Of a stretch of 64,000 nt of DNA, positions 27,641-36,281 are shown one piece after another. The stretch is from a virus, in the IMG/VR virus record IMGVR_UViG_3300028392_000065, positions 2,845-66,844 of that record; one strand, 5' to 3'. The first letter of the stretch is position 1. Each line of letters opens with the position of its first letter. The notes under the pieces are model-generated. The model was not told the origin of the DNA. It did no database searches and was given only the letters and a program-made list of their open reading frames with translations. A program made the position numbers and the translations under genes.

Positions 27641-27907
27641 ATGACTACTCAAGTAACGTACAAGTCGATCAAAGATTTGTACAAAGTAATTGCTGAAATT
27701 GACGAAAACCAAATGGTTACAGTCACACTCATCCCTTGGGCTTACGAGCCAATCAAATACGTCAACACATTTGATATGACAACCGCTCCATACATGGAAG
27801 TCGTAAACTCTCTCAGCGGATTAGTTGACATCTCTATCGCAGAATACAACAGCAATCCCCACGACGATAAATATCAAGACTCAGATCATAAAGTAGAAGG
27901 TGAGTAA
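27641..27907 (+). CDS. hypothetical protein after HHR5
   Basis: SD AAGGAGA then MTTQVTYK, 88 aa. Confidence 0.75.
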   Translation: MTTQVTYKSIKDLYKVIAEIDENQMVTVTLIPWAYEPIKYVNTFDMTTAPYMEVVNSLSGLVDISIAEYNSNPHDDKYQDSDHKVEGE

Positions 27908-28361
27908 CATGGCTAAAGCAAATCGAATCAAAAGTTTGCTAGCAATGGGTGTTAACAAAGAAGAACTAAAAATTCACATTGTTATGCAAGATGTAGATAA
28001 CTACATAGTTCAAATCATGTTAGACAATGATTTAGCGAGGAGGTTACATTCCAAACTTGAACAAAAATTACTTGACTTGGATTTAGAAATTCATATTCAA
28101 CGCCAGCAAAAAAATAACAATGTGCCAAAATTAAAAGAATTAACACTAGTTACACGCACATGTCCTGTTTGTAATTTGTCTAACAATGTTTATGTGAAAA
28201 CAGAAGGTTTAAGAAAGTGGGAATTTGAAGGGTACAAAATCCAAGACGCTTTCCCAGAACTTACTGCTGAACAACGCGAAACGTTAAAGAGCGGATTCCA
28301 CAACAAATGTTGGGAAGAAGTATTTGCTGATTTAGAAGAAATGGACGATTATGCAGATTAA
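27900..28361 (+). CDS. hypothetical protein with C-terminal Zn-finger-like motif
   Basis: CPVC...IQDAFPEL..EQRE.L.SG.H..CW. Confidence 0.7.
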   Translation: MSNMAKANRIKSLLAMGVNKEELKIHIVMQDVDNYIVQIMLDNDLARRLHSKLEQKLLDLDLEIHIQRQQKNNNVPKLKELTLVTRTCPVCNLSNNVYVKTEGLRKWEFEGYKIQDAFPELTAEQRETLKSGFHNKCWEEVFADLEEMDDYAD

Positions 28362-28542
28362 TAAAAAAATGTTTAATGCTTCACAGAAAGAATTATCTTT
28401 TCTACTCATTAAACACCAAGACCTTTTGCCGCTATTAACAAACCCGTTAAAAAAGGTAGAAGATCGGCTAGACGAGTTTTGTGTAGCTTGGCTAACCAAA
28501 AGAAACAAAATCCAAATCAATCAGGAGAAAAATAATGGATAA
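28351..28542 (+). CDS. hypothetical protein
   Basis: 63-aa ORF filling the operon gap. Confidence 0.5.
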   Translation: MQINKKMFNASQKELSFLLIKHQDLLPLLTNPLKKVEDRLDEFCVAWLTKRNKIQINQEKNNG

Positions 28543-28843
28543 CTCAATTGGAGTATTTGTTGCAACTATCGCGTTTATTTTAGGCGTTATAGCTTGCTAC
28601 ACTTTTCTAAACAACAAGTTAATTGAAGCAAACGGCACCATTCAATTGCTGAAAAATTCAATCGAAATCAAAAACATCGTCACTAAGTCGCTACAAAAAG
28701 AATTAACAAGTTTGCAGTTTGATTTAGATAACTGGGTTTGCGATAGGCCGCATCTTGGCGACATCAATACTTTGATGCAAGACATGCCGAGATTTACATT
28801 AGATCAACAAATTGAAGAAGTTAAAGAAACGTTTGACATTTGA
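28535..28843 (+). CDS. TM + coiled-coil hypothetical protein
   Basis: SD AGGAG, N-terminal TM helix. Confidence 0.7.
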   Translation: MDNSIGVFVATIAFILGVIACYTFLNNKLIEANGTIQLLKNSIEIKNIVTKSLQKELTSLQFDLDNWVCDRPHLGDINTLMQDMPRFTLDQQIEEVKETFDI

Positions 28844-28844
28844 T

Positions 28845-28874
28845 TTGCGTACCGTTGTGTAAGTGTGGTACAAT
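28845..28874 (+). promoter_or_regulatory. sigma70/SigA-type promoter
   Basis: TTGCGT-N18-TACAAT with TGn; closely resembles the 25849 promoter. Confidence 0.72.
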
Positions 28875-28984
28875 AGATACATCGGGTTGGGACAACTCTA
28901 TCCGATACTAAATACACCGCCTAGGAGGATAACCTAAGCTACACAATGTAAGTAGCCGGACAAACCTTAAGGCAAAAAAACTAC

Positions 28985-29016
28985 AAGCTCTGACACAAAT
29001 TGTGTCGGGGCTTTTT
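28985..29016 (+). terminator. terminator-like hairpin ending a ~135-nt leader
   Basis: AAGCTCTGACACA-aat-TGTGTCGGGGCTT-TTT. Confidence 0.65.
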
Positions 29017-29031
29017 CTATTTGGAGGGCAA

Positions 29032-29421
29032 GTGGAGAAATCAAAAAACTATGCACAATGGCTAATTAAGCGTTCTAGAAACAGAAACACGCAGTTAGTT
29101 ACAGAAGCAATACAAAAAGCCCATGAAAAATACGTAAAGCAAATCAACTCTGATCTTTACGATGTTTGCATGGAGCAAGTCGGTCGCATCCTAGAAGATT
29201 ATTTACCTACAGAATCTGCCACCATCCAAGCCTCAAACGTAGCCGAAAACATTAAATTTCATTTGCACGATTCGCTTTCAGACATACACAAAGACATGCG
29301 ACAGCAAATGGTCAACATTTCTAACACGCTCCTAACGCAGTTTAGCCTTAACGTACATGAGTTAGAAGAACTAATGAACAATGAGAAAGCAGGTCCAGGT
29401 GGATACGCCATTAGTAAATAG
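29032..29421 (+). CDS. hypothetical protein
   Basis: SD GGAGG then GTG; 129 aa. Confidence 0.65.
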   Translation: MEKSKNYAQWLIKRSRNRNTQLVTEAIQKAHEKYVKQINSDLYDVCMEQVGRILEDYLPTESATIQASNVAENIKFHLHDSLSDIHKDMRQQMVNISNTLLTQFSLNVHELEELMNNEKAGPGGYAISK

Positions 29422-29644
29422 GCAATACCCATTCGGATCTGTTGAAGTGCACTACAACGAAAAAGAAGGTGTGTCTGGACGTTACATCGTAATTGCGACA
29501 AGCAATAACGGTGACATCAAAGCACGCCTTTTTGAAAACGAAACCGCATGGTCCGATGCAGAACGATACGCAAACGACTGCTTACACAAAATACTCAAAG
29601 ACGCAGGTCGCGACTTTGACTACACACAAAACATCAGCCTCTAA
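29381..29644 (+). CDS. hypothetical protein
   Basis: 87-aa ORF in operon. Confidence 0.6.
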   Translation: MRKQVQVDTPLVNRQYPFGSVEVHYNEKEGVSGRYIVIATSNNGDIKARLFENETAWSDAERYANDCLHKILKDAGRDFDYTQNISL

Positions 29645-29653
29645 GGAGAAAAC

Positions 29654-29875
29654 ATGGCAAAGAAAACTAAGCCAATGGTTTGGCTACGTAACCGAATGAG
29701 TGAACTTGGATACAGTTCGTTAGAACAAGTTGCCCAAGCCGTAGGTATTAACCGCGGAAACCTTTACAGGTACTTCACTTTAGAAACCCGCCCAAGCATC
29801 GCACTGCTACCAGCGCTATGCAAGGCCCTCGATGTTGATTACGAAACAATGCTAAAAGCACTACACGTTTCTTAA
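29654..29875 (+). CDS. XRE-family HTH DNA-binding protein
   Basis: SLEQVAQAVGINRGNLYRY...RPS...LCKAL. Confidence 0.85.
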   Translation: MAKKTKPMVWLRNRMSELGYSSLEQVAQAVGINRGNLYRYFTLETRPSIALLPALCKALDVDYETMLKALHVS

Positions 29876-29989
29876 TTGCCTACGATGCTCAGCTACTTCC
29901 CTGGCTGAGCATCTAGGGGAAATAAGAAACACCTTATTACCCGCACACCACAGAGGTGTGTGTAACAAAAAAAACAAGGAGAAAGTAGC

Positions 29990-30898
29990 ATGAACGCTAC
30001 AACCCCAGACGGTGTAACCGTCGCCCAAGCTGCAAAAGAAATGGCAGCAAACGTACGAACCAAGGCTGCAATCAAACTGCAGTACCTACGCACACTAGCA
30101 GGCAAAATCATTGCCGACACCGCTGCATCACGCAGCAAGATTGTTTCATACTTCAAAGGTGCTTTTGGTTTCATTTGGAACGCTATCCCGCACACGGTAC
30201 GTGGAACAATCCTTTCATCAATGATGGCCACACGAGAAGGCTATCTAGCACTCGTACACCTCATCAAAACCGCAGTTGGTTTTGTAACTAAAGGGCTTGC
30301 AAAAGTTAACCACTTTGTTGATCGCGCAATTTTCAAAGCCGGAACAATGTTTGCTAAATTAGTCGGTATCTTCTCAAAGAAAGCTTCAGAGAAGGTAACT
30401 ACATGGAACATCAAGTTCTCTGGTGTACGCGCCAAGGTTACAAACTTCCTAACAATCAGCACAACCATTATCAGCACCAAGTTGACGCAAGCATTTACAG
30501 GCACAAAAGCTGTAAACTTCACCACAACTGGTGCTTCCGTGTTCACTGGTCTTGTTGCCGCTAATGCTCTTACAAAGGGTGCGGTTTCTAGTGCAATTAA
30601 GTTGATTCCATTCGTAGGAAAAATTGTTGCTGCCGGTATGTCTGGCCTAGGTGTTTTAGCGTCACTACTTGCTATCGCAACTGCTGGCGCGGTTATTGGT
30701 GCAGTAAGTTACTTCAAATTTAACTTTCCTTGGAACCGCAAGTCTGAGGATGCTGAAGTAATTGATCTTAGTGACATTGCGATTAACGACTCTGTTGAAA
30801 CGGTAGAAACTTTCTTAGCTTCAGAGGAAGAGTCACTGGCCGCTATTGTTAACCAGTACCGTCCTACCAACATCAACAAGGGCAAGAAGCGCAAATAG
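29990..30898 (+). CDS. basic membrane-associated hypothetical protein
   Basis: 302 aa with amphipathic helices and a C-terminal TM segment. Confidence 0.7.
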   Translation: MNATTPDGVTVAQAAKEMAANVRTKAAIKLQYLRTLAGKIIADTAASRSKIVSYFKGAFGFIWNAIPHTVRGTILSSMMATREGYLALVHLIKTAVGFVTKGLAKVNHFVDRAIFKAGTMFAKLVGIFSKKASEKVTTWNIKFSGVRAKVTNFLTISTTIISTKLTQAFTGTKAVNFTTTGASVFTGLVAANALTKGAVSSAIKLIPFVGKIVAAGMSGLGVLASLLAIATAGAVIGAVSYFKFNFPWNRKSEDAEVIDLSDIAINDSVETVETFLASEEESLAAIVNQYRPTNINKGKKRK

Positions 30899-31860
30899 TG
30901 CTTATAAGACAAGCGATGAGGAGTCAGGTCGATGATTGGCTTGACTCCTCATCGCCTTTTCTCAAAGAACCTTTAATGGGGTATGAACGATGGGAATCAA
31001 ACGATAGCGGTGTTTGGTATCCTATGGTTCAACCCCGTTCTAAAGGCTATGGGATACACGTGGCGCAACTTTTGGCAGTCAACCACCACAGTTTTTATAG
31101 CGCGGTAAACGAGGTGTCTCTGGAAGTAAAGCCAGATGTACCTTACCTGTATCCCGTAATAGTTCAATGGGAATCCTTGATTGAAATAAACAATAAAGGA
31201 AAACGTGCCCCTACCGAACATGCCGCTTCATTTATGATGGACTACCCGTGCGTAGCAATCACACGATTCGATAGCCCAGCATCAGATGAAAGGTACGCGC
31301 AAGACAACATCCACTTGGAATTTGATTCAGATCGTCACCCATACGGAGACTTAATACAAATAAGTCCAGAAATTGTGTGCCATGGATTTGTACCAATGTG
31401 GACCGTAATACCGATTAGTGAAAAGATAGCCAAACATCTAATTCATTCAGTCAGGGCATTAGAAAGCCAAGACTCAATGGGCATGCTGCAGTTTGACTGC
31501 ATATGCGAACTGGAAGGCTATCACGAAGAAGATTGTGCATACGAAAACGATTACCACAAAGATTGTGACTGTTACTTTACAGAAAACATTATGGCTACCG
31601 TTGAACGTCTGTACGATAAACCACCAAACCCACAAAAACGAATGGACAACCTAGGCTTGGAATTATGGGACATGGCTCTCGATAGTTTTCATAAAGGCTG
31701 GGAAGTTATTCATAACACGGAAGGACCAGAATGGGTCTCTTACTCACGGCTGTATCAATCGCCGTTCTTGGATTCTCCTGGGCTAAGCGCCAAGGAGTTG
31801 AAGGAATGGCAAGACTCAACCACTTCTCAAATGCAGCAGGAATACTCACGCGTATCCTGA
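30898..31860 (+). CDS. hypothetical protein
   Basis: 320 aa, acidic, tandem DCxC/H motifs. Confidence 0.7.
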   Translation: MLIRQAMRSQVDDWLDSSSPFLKEPLMGYERWESNDSGVWYPMVQPRSKGYGIHVAQLLAVNHHSFYSAVNEVSLEVKPDVPYLYPVIVQWESLIEINNKGKRAPTEHAASFMMDYPCVAITRFDSPASDERYAQDNIHLEFDSDRHPYGDLIQISPEIVCHGFVPMWTVIPISEKIAKHLIHSVRALESQDSMGMLQFDCICELEGYHEEDCAYENDYHKDCDCYFTENIMATVERLYDKPPNPQKRMDNLGLELWDMALDSFHKGWEVIHNTEGPEWVSYSRLYQSPFLDSPGLSAKELKEWQDSTTSQMQQEYSRVS

Positions 31861-32036
31861 CAGTATTTGATGCGCTACGGCAAGTAGCGATGTGGTTTAC
31901 CGGAGGCGGTGTGGGTTCCGGCCCACTCGGCGTTCCAATACCGGCAAAGGCTAGTACACCAGCACCCGGACCAGCACCGCGACTATTTGGGGATAGCATT
32001 AAACCCGAACCCCGAATAGAAACTGTGTTTTCTTAA
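31806..32036 (+). CDS. Pro/Gly-rich hypothetical protein
   Basis: SD AAGGAG before ATG 31806; 76 aa. Confidence 0.45.
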   Translation: MARLNHFSNAAGILTRILTVFDALRQVAMWFTGGGVGSGPLGVPIPAKASTPAPGPAPRLFGDSIKPEPRIETVFS

Positions 32037-32132
32037 TAGGTGCACGCCTGATCCTATTCCTAGAGGGATGAACGACAACCTGCAGCTACTGTGCATGATA
32101 GTACAAGGTTGTTTGGCTACTTGTTAAGTAAA

Positions 32133-32181
32133 GCCAATTAGGGCACCCCTTCGGGGGTGCCCTAACTTGGTCTTTTTTTTT
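32133..32181 (+). terminator. intrinsic terminator where the two arms converge
   Basis: TTAGGGCACCCC-TTCG-GGGGTGCCCTAA then a T9 tract; lies between convergent genes. Confidence 0.85.
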
Positions 32182-32208
32182 GCCCAAAAACAGGTCATTT
32201 TGCCACTT

Positions 32209-33624
32209 TTAAATAACCAAACACCTAAAAGCAATAGCAGTAGAATTAAGCCCAAAATAAATATAAGTGAGCGTAGTAGCACCATCAGTGTACTTAACAG
32301 AAAATGCCTTATTACCAACCGTAGCTGTACCTTGAGTAAATGGAAGCAAACTCCAAGGCAGCAAAGCGTTAGCCATGCAATCAAACTTGAAAAAACGACC
32401 AGTAGCATCTTTTTGAAGGTAAATTAACCCATTACTACCATTCTCAAATGCAGTACCAGTAGTGACAGTTTCCGAACCACCATACTGGTAACTGGTTAGT
32501 AAAGAAGTCCATGTATTAGTAGGAATGTCGTAATAGTCTAAGTTTCCTGTAGCGCCTCCTCTGAAAGAGTACAAACGGCGACCATTAATAATTGCAGACT
32601 CGTTAGTCCATGTAGTGTTGGTAGATGATCTGACCCAGTTGAGACTTACCCCTCCAGCACCAGCTGCTGATGCGCGTGCGCCACTAAGTGTAGACCATGT
32701 ATTACCCGAAATAGAATATCTATAGATGGCAGTAGAAGCATTGCCAGTTAAATAAATAAAATCATCATTACCTTCAATAGTGAAAGTGTTGGCTGAAGAA
32801 GGCGTCGCTGACCAACCTGACACAGTAAGAGATGTAGCATCATTTGCGGTAATAGTCCTGACTTGGCCAGTAGCTGTGTTTGTTCCATTAATACGAACCT
32901 GAAAGTTTACCCACTGGTTAGTAGCCCAAGTTTTGGAAGAAGAAACTAAAGTAGTAGAAGTTCCTGTGTTGACGGTGCCTGTAGAAAAAGACGCTAAATA
33001 ACCACATGTAGTTTTCATAGCTAAATCTGCCGCGGCTCCCGTAGGTGCGCCTGTAATGCTTAACGCAGCAGACCACGTATTAGTGGCAACATCGTAATAC
33101 TTAAAGCCTGGTGTAGTCGCACCAGGCAAAAATACATAGTAGCGCCCAGTAAGTAGCAGGTATGTGCTTGTGCTGTCCGGGGCTGTAGTAAACGCCGAAG
33201 AAACTGTAAAAGTAGCGTTAGTTCCAACTGTATTAGAAGCAATTACGCGGTCCTGTCCCGCACCAGTGCCACCCGTAATACGAATAGTATATCCAGCAAG
33301 AGATCCAACAGTTGTAACGGCGGAGTTTAAAGTTGTTGTGGAGCCACCTGTAGCAGTACCAGTAGGCCCATTAGTATGATAAGCCCCGCAAACACCGGTA
33401 CCAAAAGTACCATTCGCGAATGAAGGAGTTGGTAAAAGCACATAAGCGTCTTCATTAGGATCATACAAATATACAGACGTAGAACTAGCCACATACATTA
33501 CCTGCTGGTCAGGTCCTTCTGACTGAATAAACGTTGAACCTGTAGCAGGAGTAGCAGGAAGGTTATTCACCATTTCCCACTGCTTGCGGTCAAGAATTTT
33601 TCTAAGATTTACCGTAGTTGCCAT
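32209..33624 (-). CDS. tail fibre / receptor-binding protein with Kelch-like propeller
   Basis: YDVATNTWS, YSISGNTWS, YDIPTNTWT repeats; last gene of the tail module. Confidence 0.7.
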   Translation of the reverse strand: MATTVNLRKILDRKQWEMVNNLPATPATGSTFIQSEGPDQQVMYVASSTSVYLYDPNEDAYVLLPTPSFANGTFGTGVCGAYHTNGPTGTATGGSTTTLNSAVTTVGSLAGYTIRITGGTGAGQDRVIASNTVGTNATFTVSSAFTTAPDSTSTYLLLTGRYYVFLPGATTPGFKYYDVATNTWSAALSITGAPTGAAADLAMKTTCGYLASFSTGTVNTGTSTTLVSSSKTWATNQWVNFQVRINGTNTATGQVRTITANDATSLTVSGWSATPSSANTFTIEGNDDFIYLTGNASTAIYRYSISGNTWSTLSGARASAAGAGGVSLNWVRSSTNTTWTNESAIINGRRLYSFRGGATGNLDYYDIPTNTWTSLLTSYQYGGSETVTTGTAFENGSNGLIYLQKDATGRFFKFDCMANALLPWSLLPFTQGTATVGNKAFSVKYTDGATTLTYIYFGLNSTAIAFRCLVI

Positions 33625-33636
33625 AAGTTATTTTCC

Positions 33637-33906
33637 TTAAGATACGACTATTGATTGCCGCAGAACACCCGCGGTATTAGCAAATTGTGAATATTGGTCC
33701 ATAATTGCAGACACACCACCAAAGTTAGAAACGCTAGTAACAGTTCCTGCAGTAACGGCAACACGCTGTGCACCAACCGATTGATCACGAAACCCTTGAT
33801 TCTGAGCAATATCAGCCAAAAGAATCTCAATATTGTTCAAAATAGACAGCACACTTTGCTGCGTTACTTCAACGTTTAAATCACCAAACGCATTACGTAC
33901 TGCCAT
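33637..33906 (-). CDS. minor tail protein
   Basis: 89 aa, coupled. Confidence 0.6.
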   Translation of the reverse strand: MAVRNAFGDLNVEVTQQSVLSILNNIEILLADIAQNQGFRDQSVGAQRVAVTAGTVTSVSNFGGVSAIMDQYSQFANTAGVLRQSIVVS

Positions 33907-34997
33907 TATGTTCCATCCTCAATCCAAAGAGTCAAACTAGACTGCGAAGTATCCCACCACAAATACTTTGTACCTAATGATACCGTAGGGGAACTTGCCT
34001 GCACATATGTTTGTATCACAGACGCACCCAGCATATTTGAAGAAACAGTGCCTACATCAGCTTGGGTTACTGCAGTACCAGAAATTTTACTAGGTAAAAT
34101 TCCTGCACTAGTAGCAATGTCAGCATTAACAATGCTTGAAGAAGTTAAATTACCAGAACTATCGGCATGAACAACACCCGGTTGGCCTGAAGGATAAGTT
34201 CCTACCTGCGTATACATAACTTGTTGAACAGTAACAATCATTGAGGCAACAGCCGGAGACGCAGGCGATGTAGTCGCTGCTTGAGCCTCTAAAGTATTCG
34301 CCGCATCATTACTCATCCACACAAACTCAAGATAATCATTAGCCGCCAAGGTAAGCACATAATTCCAAGCAGGAAGAACATGATGATTCTGGTTAGAAGT
34401 AGTTACCTCACCATTAGTCCAAGTTAAATCTGTACCATTTTTACGCAACCAAAAATTTGCTATAGAAGTTCCATTATTTGAAACTTGTGCGGAAAACTGG
34501 ATATTGTATGTTCCTGCGTAATTAAACGTAATTCTCGATTTATAGGTGGAATTTATAGTAATTCCGTTATTTTCCGCAGTTGTGTTTAATGTAATGACTT
34601 TAGGGGTATTAGCGGCAGTTAATGTTTGTGTTGTCGTGTCATAAAAAGACCCATAATAACCTAAAGCACCGCCAGCACCAGTCGCTCCTGTAGCACCATT
34701 AGCACCGTTAACTACGTTAAATGTTGATGTCGCTGAATCAGAATACGTAATCGTGTAGGTATCTGTTGTACCAGCTGCGCCAGTACCTGAAGTACGAACA
34801 ATACTAGAAATACCATTACCAGTGGGACCAGGGACAGTACTATCCGCACCATCAGAACCTTTAAGTCCTTGAGGGCCCTGGGGGCCCACAGAAGCCGCTG
34901 TGAGGCTTACAGAAGACGTCTGAACATCAAGAGTAATGTTATTGTCAACAACCGTCAGATTGACCGTATCCTTGCCAATTTCGACAATTTCACTCAT
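33906..34997 (-). CDS. collagen-repeat tail fibre protein
   Basis: GPQGPQG and GATGATG triplets, C1q/BclA-like domain. Confidence 0.75.
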   Translation of the reverse strand: MSEIVEIGKDTVNLTVVDNNITLDVQTSSVSLTAASVGPQGPQGLKGSDGADSTVPGPTGNGISSIVRTSGTGAAGTTDTYTITYSDSATSTFNVVNGANGATGATGAGGALGYYGSFYDTTTQTLTAANTPKVITLNTTAENNGITINSTYKSRITFNYAGTYNIQFSAQVSNNGTSIANFWLRKNGTDLTWTNGEVTTSNQNHHVLPAWNYVLTLAANDYLEFVWMSNDAANTLEAQAATTSPASPAVASMIVTVQQVMYTQVGTYPSGQPGVVHADSSGNLTSSSIVNADIATSAGILPSKISGTAVTQADVGTVSSNMLGASVIQTYVQASSPTVSLGTKYLWWDTSQSSLTLWIEDGT

Positions 34998-35338
34998 CGA
35001 GTAACCTCAGGAACAATAGTCACATCACCGCGAAGAAGCTTGCGAACCTCACTACCCGTATAAAGTTCAAGATCATAAACACCCGTACCAGGAGGCATAG
35101 CGGCAGTTAAAGCAGCTGAAGCAGTAATAGTAACCAACCCATCAGCACCTAAAGCAATACCGCCATTTTCAGTAGTTAACAACAAAACAGGAGAAGTATC
35201 CGTATAGTTCTTACGAACCATCAGAGATGCAGTAAAGCCACTAAAATTAACAGCAACATTATTGATTTTGTACGTAAAAGCAAGAGACCAAGTTCCACCT
35301 TGATCAATTTTTATCGGATAAACATGAGCGTTAGCCAT
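34994..35338 (-). CDS. minor tail protein (BppU-N-like)
   Basis: IDQGGTW...GVYDLEL...L.G.V...PEVT. Confidence 0.7.
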   Translation of the reverse strand: MANAHVYPIKIDQGGTWSLAFTYKINNVAVNFSGFTASLMVRKNYTDTSPVLLLTTENGGIALGADGLVTITASAALTAAMPPGTGVYDLELYTGSEVRKLLRGDVTIVPEVTR

Positions 35339-35817
35339 TAGACAGGCCCAGACCTTCCCATTTCAATAAGGTTTGTACCATCAGAAATAAAATTAACCAC
35401 CCAATATTTACCTGTAACAGCACCAGTAACTATAGTAGAAGCGGCCTTAAAACCCGTACTAAAAGTAATCGTATAAGACGTAGTGCCAGAAGTTAAAATC
35501 ATTACAGCCGCCCTAGTACCTGCCACAGGAACAGTAGTCGTATAAGACGCGTTAGCGGTTGGGGTGACAACAACAGAATTACTAGAAGCCAAAGCCAAAG
35601 CAGTAGTGCCGTTAGCTAGCACAGTATGCTTGTTAGCAATTTTTGTAAAATCAGTAGCGTAAGACAAAAAATTCCAAGTCGTAACACCATCACCAATTTT
35701 AAACAAACCTGTATCAGTACCTGAAATAACACAACCAATTTCGCCTTGCGCTAAAACAGGGTTGGCAGAATTCCAATTTGAATACGAATCTCGCCGTAAC
35801 TGTATTTGAGTAGCCAT
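35338..35817 (-). CDS. tail fibre protein with Mtd/hyaluronidase-type N-terminal domain
   Basis: MATQIQLRRD..W..ANPVLAQGEIG...FKIGDG...W..L. Confidence 0.75.
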   Translation of the reverse strand: MATQIQLRRDSYSNWNSANPVLAQGEIGCVISGTDTGLFKIGDGVTTWNFLSYATDFTKIANKHTVLANGTTALALASSNSVVVTPTANASYTTTVPVAGTRAAVMILTSGTTSYTITFSTGFKAASTIVTGAVTGKYWVVNFISDGTNLIEMGRSGPV

Positions 35818-36272
35818 TAACTAATTACCCCAACCCATGATGTCGTATTTGCAAGCCCGCCATCAATACTATCAACAATGCTTGTATTTACAGAGTCAAT
35901 AAGAACAGACAAGCCAAACGGGGCAATCGTGTAACTACGGGCGGTACCACCAATAACAACTGGCGAAGAAAGTGGCACAGTAAACAGCAAACTGCCACCA
36001 GTTAAAGCTGTACAAACCCCAATGTGAGTAATGGTTTTATTTGTGATGTTTGAAAAAGTAAGCGCACCAGTGTTTGCCGTAGCATTACCACTAGGACTAG
36101 TCCAACTAATTAACTGCCTACTAATACCGGGAATTTGGTTAGTTGCAGTATTAGAAGGATCAGGTTGCGCACTATAAATAGAAGCATAAGATGCGATAGC
36201 GCTAGGAGTCGTTCCGTTAAAACTATTAAAAAAAGCAGTAACTGCTGCACTGGATACTGTACCTAAAGCCAT
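35817..36272 (-). CDS. minor tail protein
   Basis: ITHIGV.TALTGG motif, related to 40792..41184. Confidence 0.65.
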   Translation of the reverse strand: MALGTVSSAAVTAFFNSFNGTTPSAIASYASIYSAQPDPSNTATNQIPGISRQLISWTSPSGNATANTGALTFSNITNKTITHIGVCTALTGGSLLFTVPLSSPVVIGGTARSYTIAPFGLSVLIDSVNTSIVDSIDGGLANTTSWVGVIS

Positions 36273-36281
36273 AACAACATC

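Noticed and set aside
32037-32130. Possible further ribozyme before the terminator
   Set aside because: Some pairing (ACAACCT/AGGTTGT), but no hammerhead, twister, pistol or HDV-like core that I could recognise.
35338-35817. Diversity-generating retroelement suggested by the Mtd-like N-terminus
   Set aside because: No reverse transcriptase and no TR/VR repeat pair seen in the window.
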